Source: Lingula anatina (Eukaryota; Animalia; Brachiopoda). Taken from it: a stretch of DNA of 64,000 nucleotides. The first letter of the stretch is position 1, and every line of letters starts with the position of its first letter. The stretch lies in contig CM120647.1 in the NCBI GenBank assembly GCA_051362555.1, positions 744,001-808,000 on the forward strand, given 5' to 3'. Made by a program: the position numbers and the translations under genes. Below, in pieces: positions 14,801 to 24,575 of this stretch. The notes below the pieces were generated by a model. The model made no database searches, had not been told where the DNA came from, and saw nothing but the letters and a program-made list of their open reading frames with translations.

Positions 14801-17800
14801 CGAGGGTATATTTGAAATCTACACATATGACTTTTGGAAAGCCGTCTGTAGAAAATTTTCCCGTAACTCCTTCCGTAGGGTAGATAATTAGCATTTAATT
14901 TTGCCATTTTTGGACAAGGGTGCATTGCAATGAGTGCCACACCCAGACCCCAATACCGACAAAGCCCAAATTTTACGTGGAACGAGTTGAGATTATAGGT
15001 GACCTAAATCCATGAGATGGGTATGGGGGGCCTTACCGTCTAGGAGGAGAAGCGGTAACGGTAGCCGTCCGGCGGAGCCGGCGGAGCCGGCGGAACGATC
15101 CGGACGAGACCGAAACCATGTGTACCGCCAGCGCTAACGCTGGTGGTACAATAATAATTATTATTATTATTATTATTACTGTTATTATTATCATCAAAGA
15201 AAGAAATTCAAACTGAAACTGTACAAGCCAGACTTTGGCCTGTTTTATTAAGAAGTTACCAGCCAAATATTCAAAGTAGAGGCCATGTGGTAATAACTGA
15301 TGATTGAGATGTTATCAGGTACCAATGCTGCATAGTTAGTTGTAAGTCAGATGCAAATAAAGATAAAATTAAAAACTGTTTTGATAAATCGTTTTACTCG
15401 TCGCTTTACTCATTTTAAAATTTAGGCTCTAGAAGTACTTGTTTCAAGATACATATTTCAAGAACGTTAAAAATATGCTTTGGGTCAGAAAGCTCAGACA
15501 GTTAGCTTGCATCAGTTCGTTTCTGCTTTGATTTTGTTTACACATCACTTGAGGCTGATTCTGAGATGATCTCAGTCTCTTCTATGGGACCTTCGTAATT
15601 TTCAAATCTGCTCCATGATCAATTTGCACGCTTTCTCAAGGAAGTATCGACTGTGCATTATCCCAAGACGTACTTCGTCAAACTTCGTCGCTAAAACGAA
15701 GGCTAAGGGCTTTCAAAATCGACAGTGAGACTGTGAATACGTCACTACAGAATTCCTCAACATCAACTAATCACGATTATTACTTATGAAAGTAAAAACG
15801 GGGTTAGCAGTTAGGGGAATTCCCTGAACTTCCCCGTAAATATTGGCACGTCAATCGGACTTTTACTGAGTCTAAATTTTGCCGATACACTTAATATAGA
15901 AAGTTGACATAAATATACTCGCCAAAATGGCGACTTGCACCATAAATTTCACACACCAGATTTAATTTTTACTCGCATTTGGCGTGTATCAAATGCTGAA
16001 TAATGATGCCCAAATAAGGTTATTTGGTCATTTTTTAAGTATTTTACATATAAAAGGGCATCATCACCGCAAATTTGTCATTATGTACTACTAGCACAGG
16101 GCTTTAAAAAAACTGCATAAGATTAAGAAAAAAATTCAATATGGTTGGCATTTGAAGGTGAGCGCGTTTTAGCTTTTTGAATTATTGAAAGTTTGAGAGT
16201 AACTTTTGTACTATAACACATATCTGTGCATTTCTGAGTGGCTGCCTGTTGATTAAATGTTATACATACTAGTATATACATAAGCTACACCAAAGGTGGG
16301 TACCTTTCCTTCTCCAGGTTTCCATCATCTGTTTCTGACTCTTCTTCGTCTGTATCCAACTCCTCTCCTTCTTTATCCACCTCTGGTCCGTCTGTTTTGA
16401 CATTTTCCTCCAAGAAAGTATCTACAGATTTTATGAAATCACTGACATCCCAGCCATTACATTTGGCAATCTTTTTGACATAATATCTCCTCACATCCTC
16501 TGATAATGTCCACACGTGGTCACTGATGTCCTCTAGGTAAACCTCTGTCACTGGGTGCTGATGGACACCAACAAATATGGGGGCAGAATCCCAGGAAGAC
16601 AAGTCTTGGAAATATCTGTAAGGACAGAAAAAAATCACATTTCATCGGGGTCATCTGGTCTGTAGATTCAAAAGGGCTGAGCTGTTTCAGCTCACAACAC
16701 AAGGTATATAAATAGTAGTTGCTGCTGTAAAACAGTCACCTGTTGCAACATTGGATTATATGTATCTGATTTTCACAATTATTGTGGGTAACAGCAATGG
16801 GTTATCATCTTTGAAAGTATGTCAAAATATTCCTTTATGTTGGATTACAATGGGGGTTCTTTCATGTGAAAGGGGATGGATTTGTCTTATTACAACAAAC
16901 AATTTTGTGTTTCCAAACATTGCTGTGCATTTTAAACTTTGTAATTCTTAGCCAAAAATGACACTAAAACAGCACTTAAATCTGGGACACAGACATACCA
17001 GTCTGTTTTGCATCTGTGCTGTATGGAAAAGAAAACTTTCAGAATAGTATTGTCATGTTTTTGGTCATCTCAGGGATCATTTATGGGACACAAACTACAG
17101 AAGAAAAACACAATTGAATATCGTTGCACATTTTGTTGTGCATTACCATTGTTTCAGTTTTTAACTTCAGTACTTCAGTATTATCTCCTATAAATGTAAG
17201 CTATACAAATCATTCAATTTCGGGATTTAAATACCTGAAATACACTCTGCTTTTCATAAAACAACGATGTGTAATAAATCATGTTATCACAGTTGTTATG
17301 TTTCGTTTCCTTCAGACTCGCATGACAGTGAAACCACAGCTAGCTTGTAGTATTGTTTCCAGATTTAGATTCAGCCCAGGGACTTAAAGCGTAAATAGTG
17401 ATTTTCATTGATGACATAATGATTGGGTCACATGAATATTAAATGATGACTAATTAAATTAGCTTTATCTGGTACCCACTTTTAAGCATGAAATGTTATG
17501 TCATTGGTATTTAACCGCCGATTCAGGATCGCAGCATGCTTTCACAACTCTGTAAAGTTAAGTGTACCCATTCCTGATAATTTTTGTATGTGTTTAATCT
17601 TACAGTACATTTACCAAAGTTTACGAATATAAAGCAAAATACAATGCATATTCTAAGCAGAATCACTCTTGACTCTCAGTTGAAATTAAACTACACAGCA
17701 AAGCTGACAAATATACAGACACCATACCAGAAACAAGGCAGCAAATCTGTCAAAAGTTCAGACATTACACAAGCAAAAAATGGCATACTCACTCTTACCC

Positions 17801-20800
17801 TCTTACATTATGCACTACAGGTAACATGAACATGGAAAAATTAGCAAGTGATTCAATTCCATGTGAGATAAAAGCCAATGAAAATACTAATGTGTGAAAA
17901 ATGAAATTTTCACATATAAAAAAACAAAATAATTACCATAAATGTAAACTGATAAATGCGGATTTTCAAAAGCAAACAAATCCACTTAGTAAATTTAAAG
18001 TAAAAGTAAAACAAAAATATGGTTTGGCAGTTATGGAAATAATGACACAAAAATTGTGCAAAAACCAGAATAATTACTCCAAATGTATAACAATCAAGCC
18101 TATTTTAAAAAGCAACCTACCTCTTTACCAAACACATCCACTCGGTAAATTTAAAGTAAAACAAAATTACTGATTGGCAGTTATGGGACGAACATCATCA
18201 AAATTGTGCAAAAATAAAACAGAGTAATTACTATTATGAAAACTGAATGTGACAATTTTTCCAAAAAAAAAAAAAAAAAATAATAATAATAATAATAATA
18301 AATAAATAAATAAAATAAAAAAAAATAAAAAAAGACCTAGAGGACCAGAGAGGCGCCTCTGGATATTGTACCACCAGCTTGAGTAAGGACATTTCTAGGA
18401 CCCCCCACCCACCTCCACCCAGGAAAAAAAGGACACACCACCAGTATGGGCGGCGGTTTATACAAAAATTCAAAACACGATTAGTCGTCATCGTTATCAG
18501 ATCAGTCAAAATGAAAACACGATTAGTCGTCGTCGTTATCAGATCAGAAGGCAAAATAGGACTAGTAGTCGTCAAAACGCAACTAGTCATCAAGACGCAA
18601 CTAGTCATCAAGACGCAACTTATCGTGTACTCCAAATGTATACCAATCAAGCCTATTTTAAAAAGCAACCTACCTCTTTACCAAACACATCCACTCGGTA
18701 AATTTAAAGTAAAACAAAATTACTGATTGGCAGATGGCGCCCATTGTACGAAAATCTAGGCCAAGTCACATGATCCACAGTGATCAAAATGGCGGACATT
18801 ATTGAAGCAGCATTATCATATTCCTCACTCGAACTCGAGAATTGTCTCTTCGCGTACAATCTAATAATGATATTATATATATAATAATATATCAGACTCG
18901 AGATAATTCGAGGAATATGATAATGCTGCTTCAATAACGTCCGCCATTTTGATCACTGTGTACCACCAGCTAGATTTTCGTACAATGGGCGCCATCTGGC
19001 GTCAAATCACGTTTTGATGACTAGTTGGGTTTTGATGACTAGTTGCATCTTGATGACTAGTTGCGTTTTGATGACTAGTTGCGTTTTGACGACTACTAGT
19101 CGTATTTTGCCTTCTGATCTGATAACGACGACGACTAATCGTGTTTTCATTTCGACTGATCTGATAACAATGACGACTAATCGTGTTTTGAATTTTTGTA
19201 TAAACCGCCGCCCATACACCAGTTCATTCAGTTTATTCCTTGGCATGACAAATTTATTTGAGACGTATAAGAAAATATTAAATAATAGAAGTGGTTAACA
19301 TGCATTACTGGCAATTCATGCTCCACAGAATATTTGTATCTTTAATGAATTTTTTTTAAAATCCTTAAAGCATACTAGAATTCATTTGCAATTGTAATTA
19401 CTTATGTCATTCCTGAAGCACTGTCAAAGTGTCTTTTAAAAATCTTTAGGGAATTTTTTTACAGAAATCTTGACAAAACAAACAAACCAACATAAAACAA
19501 ACACCTGTGCTGGTGGTAGCGAAAACTTCTGGCCATGTGCTGACCATGTTCCACTACACGCTGACAGTGCCCAAGCAAGTCTGGAATAATCATTTTAAAT
19601 CATAACATGACCAAGCTGGTAAATATACTCAGAACTAAAAGTTATGAATACATATACATACCTTACATAAATATCTTCCTGCATGGTTGCTGACATTAAA
19701 ACAAGTTTGGTGTTGTTTGGCACAGAAGTCATCAGTTTTCTGATCATCCAAAGCAGTAAATCAAACTCCATTCTCCTTTCATGCACCTCATCCAATATGA
19801 TATGTGTGTACTTGGTAAAGTGACTGGGTCTGTGTATCAGGTTCTGAAATATGTATGAACTGTCAGAATATGAAAAGTAGCAAGGCTGTCAAATGTACAG
19901 AATTATAACAGACACCATAAAATAAAGCAGAAAATAGAGATATTTGAACAAGATATTTGCCAATTTTGATTACATCCTTACATATTGTTAAAAAGCATAA
20001 TCAAATCAATATTATACTATGTACTACACAGGGCATTTAGAAAATTAAACTTACACAGGGCTTCAGCCCATTGGATTTCAATGTCACATTATGTCAATAA
20101 CAGTGTTCATGCTCCTTGATGAACAATCATTTTGCTTGGGCAGGCCAGTAGCCATCAACTTGAAAGGGGGATGTTGGCAAAAGCAGTCCTTTTACCTTGA
20201 AATCTTTGTGTACTTAGATCAAATTTTAACCCTGAGCAGACTTTTTCCTCTTCAGAAATACACTGCACTTCCAAATAAGGTCTTGGTTTTCTTAACCATT
20301 TACAAGAGCCAGTGAAAGCGTAAAAATTGACAAAGAGACGCAGCATTCAGCATTGCAACATTCACTGGATTGAAACTCATCAAGCCTTGCTGACAACATG
20401 GTTAAATGATCAGAACAAGAAAAATATTGTATTGCAAAAATTTGACTTCTGTTGTAAGTGTTTGGGTCAAGAAAAAATAATAGTAGAAAATAAATATCTG
20501 GTTGGATATTTGTATGGTTATCTTACACTTCCAGTGCTAGGAAAATTATCAAAATCTGAGTTTATTTATTAATAAATGCACCAAGAAAATGAAAAATATA
20601 AAAACACAACAATTTACCTCTAGTAGAGCTCCAGTAGTAACAAATGTTATTTTTGTATCCTTGGAGATCTCTCTCTTGTCCCCTGCACTGTACCCTACTG
20701 TGCAGCCAACATTTGGATCACCCTGTTCCTTGGATACACGTTCCGCTAGCGTCACAGCAGCCAGCTGTCTCGGCTCTGCGACAAGAATTCTTACTTTTTT

Positions 20801-23680
20801 CATTCTAATCAAAAAAGAAATAATATTTGTTGAATCACGCAATTTTGAAGAAAACATTAACAGCAGAAATATTTGATTCAACTGAAATGAGACACAAAAT
20901 ATTTTACTCTGTATCCTATGCCCCTATCTTCACATCTTTAAATCCAAGATCAACTCAAGACTTACATATAATACAGTACATACAGGAGCTGGTATGCCAG
21001 TGTTTTCATTGAGTTTGAGTGACTTGAAAAAGTTTTTTAAACTAAAATCTACCTTCTTTTCACACAGTCAGCCAGGATGTACTGGGGCACCTGTGTTGAC
21101 TTCCCGGACCCCGTCTCTCCGGTGATGAATGTCACCACATTATCTTGAATTTGGCTCACTATCTGTTCCCGGTGACTTGTTATTGGAAGAGAGTCTTGTC
21201 TTGGTTGCTCTAAATAAAAATTCACACCCTCATCAGCTTCGTAGTCTCCAATACAGGTGCTGTCAGCGTCTAATTCTGTTGTGAGGCGTGACCCAGTGTG
21301 GTAGCCAGATTCTGAAGCTGAATACTCGCTCCCAATGTCTCCCTTCTCTACATTCCAAGCCACAAGTTCTTGAGGAACATCTTCACCTGAGAGAAATAAC
21401 AAACAGTGACCACATAATATTTATTTTTACATATTTACAGCAGCGAAGAGCTAGTGGTATGATATTTATTAAATATATTTATACACAAAGAAAGAAATCT
21501 TCCACATAGATAAACATATCATGCATGGAATACAACAATTCACCATAATTCATTCTCAAATTTTAAAATCTACACTGTTTACAAGTAGCTGTCACAATGA
21601 AGTTGTGCTACTTAAGTATGCAGATACAAGAGTCTGAGGTCAAATTGTGAACTTTTCCTTGTTAAATTACACATTAATCATCAAAAAATGAACTTTTGCA
21701 GTACTTTGGAAAGATTCTTTTAATAAATCAGTCAACAGCCAGATTAATCAAAGGAAGGAGAAACAAACTAACCAAAATATACTTCTACTTATTTTTATCT
21801 GACACAATTGATGAAAATAATAAACACTGAAAATACAAAATATCTGACCTGTCAATCTTAAAGTTTGTGAGCCGATGTTGATGGTCATCACCCCCAGTTC
21901 ACGGAGGTCATCTTTGGGTAAATCCTGGATATTGTCTTCAATGTGACCCACATGATGAGGTTGTATGCCATAACATATGACAGCCCAATACCCAGGGCTG
22001 CCATAGTCCCACCATTTGATCAGAATGTCTTCTTTACGTAGAGTGAAAGCTGCCATCAGGGCTTGACGTATGCTGTATATAGTCTGCTCTGCACTGCCAT
22101 ATGGACCTTTACGTACTGTCATCTTCAAGTCTTCGTAAATCATTGCTATAATGTGTTGAAACAAAAGTAAAGGGATTTTAAACATAAATACTATGATCTT
22201 TAATCATAATTTATCATGACTTCATAACTTATTCATTAAACCTGTTGCTGATTTAAAAAAATACTTTAAATTTACTATGAGAGTGCCTGTGTGTTTGTTT
22301 GAGTGTGTGTGTGGGAGGTTGTTTACTAAATAGCTTAATCATAAATTAAAAAAAATAATAATAAAAAAAATAAAAGCTCAACTACAGAGAGTATGACATT
22401 ATACTATAGAGCAAGCAGAAAAGTATAAATGACAAAGGAGTATCTCTTATCTGATATCATATACATACATAAATTTTCAGGGTAAGATTTAAAAAATAGA
22501 CACCTTTCAACTTTGTCTTTTCCTTTATGTATTTCCTACATTCATTGTAATCATCTTCATCCATTTCAACCCACAGATTAATGTCGCTGCGGCTCAGGCC
22601 CAAATCCTCAAGGGTCTTCATGCCGACAAAACTTTCCTCTACAGCAGCCTGTAGCTCACCGCAGCGATAACTTTGCCACAGCTGGTCCAATGAGTGCACT
22701 GATGGACAAACCAAGCGAAGGATAAAACACTGGCGCTTTGTATCATAAATCATTGCACGATAATCTTTCATGTATTCCATAGCTTTTCCAATATCTTCAA
22801 ATTTTGTAACCAAGGACATTATAGCCTCATTCATTTTCATGAGGTGTACGTCTCTAGCTTCACACAGGGGGGTGGTAAGTTCTGAAAGAGGTACTTCAGC
22901 TGAGGTAGTTGGTTCATCAGAATTTTTTAAGTTCCCTTTCTCAGAAATGACCTTTCTTGCCTCATCCAGATGAGGTGATATACCAGTGATCTGGTCTGTG
23001 TTGCTCCCAGCACCTGTCACTGAGGGTAAGGCTTCCCTGTCTGGCTGAGTGTCCTCTGGACTTGGTGTCTTCTGACTACTGGAGGAGATGGCTGATGATT
23101 TGACTGCTTCCATTCCTGAAGGACTGATTTTCATATGGATATCAAGATCCACTGAGCCTGGAATTTGACATTTTAGGCGCAAAGTAAATTATGACATACA
23201 AGTTGCAGAACTTTTTCCCTACTTCACAATATGAATGTATTCTTTTTGGCCAGTGGTGTGTGGAAGCATTCAACAGAAGTGTAACAAAGCAAGCTGCCTG
23301 GTGAAATCTTTCACCTGCAATATCTAAAGTTATATTTTGGACTGATACACTTCATTGGTTGTTTTATCATTATATGCAAAAATAAAGTTTAAAAATTCAA
23401 AATACTTTTAGTTTGAATTTATCGCAAGACACTACCCAGTGGGCAAAATATGTTGTTTTAACATTGAAACAACGTTAAACCATAACGTTGATAAGACATT
23501 GGATAAACATTGGATTTGAAAGTTGACTCAACCTCAGATAACAACGTTGTATCAACGTCAGATAACAACATTGTATCAACCCCAGTTGTTAGACAACATT
23601 CTTGCATGAAAAGACATTGAAATGACCTGAGGGTAGGGTATAAAAGTATGGCCTTTAAGTTAAAATTTCCAAGGTTTAGA

Positions 23681-23727
<47 letters not shown>

Positions 23728-24488
23728 CAAAGTCACAGTCACCTCAACCTGTCTATGTATAACAGGTTACCAAGAACTGTTAACTTTATTAATTCACTCC
23801 ATCACATTTACAGCAACTTACTCTGAAGTATCAAATAAACGTACCGGTACGTTAATTAATTTTCCAAATTTCTTCCCGCCGGTACGCTCCATTTTCACCC
23901 AGTACGCTTATTAATTTTTCAAAAATCTTCCACCCGGTATGTTTATTAAATACATATTGTACCGGTGGGAAATTACACAAGTACAAGTCACGCTTTTTAT
24001 TTTCTTAAATTGAAGTATAATGAGAAGAAAATTGAGATCTCAACTCATTACCGACTGTTCTACCAACAGCACTGGAAAGTAGGTCAAGCGGAAGTCGCTC
24101 TCTGAACACAACAGTACATGCGTCACCTGATTTCAGTTCCTATAAATAGACGTGCTTTCCCTTCAACAGTGACAACTACTCGATCGAATGATGCAATGAC
24201 GCAAGGTGATAGGATCATATTTATAGCTAAGGAGGTCATTTCAAGTGCAGCAAAGAAGTTGTGCCTGTTTTCAAACGTCAATTATTTCATGCCGATTTAT
24301 GATTTAAACGATGTTAAATCACATTTCTATGTAAGATAAACCCTTAGGAGTTTACAGGTATGCAAAACGAACCTTATATCTGAGAATAAATTTACTATGA
24401 ATAACGTCTCCGTATGGCTCTCGGAGGCGGCTTAGGTGCGACATATCTGGGTCTTCGGCCCCTGACGATTATGAAATTTAACTCATGG

Positions 24489-24575
<87 letters not shown>

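Noticed and set aside
18234-19298. ORFs with KTQLVI or CVLMTS repeats
   Set aside because: Translations of the 18-bp subterminal repeats in the foldback element arms.
2477-21386. Naming the helicase TDRD9/spn-E
   Set aside because: Similarity is by eye only, no Tudor domain is seen and the N-terminus is different, so orthology is unproven and no symbol is given.
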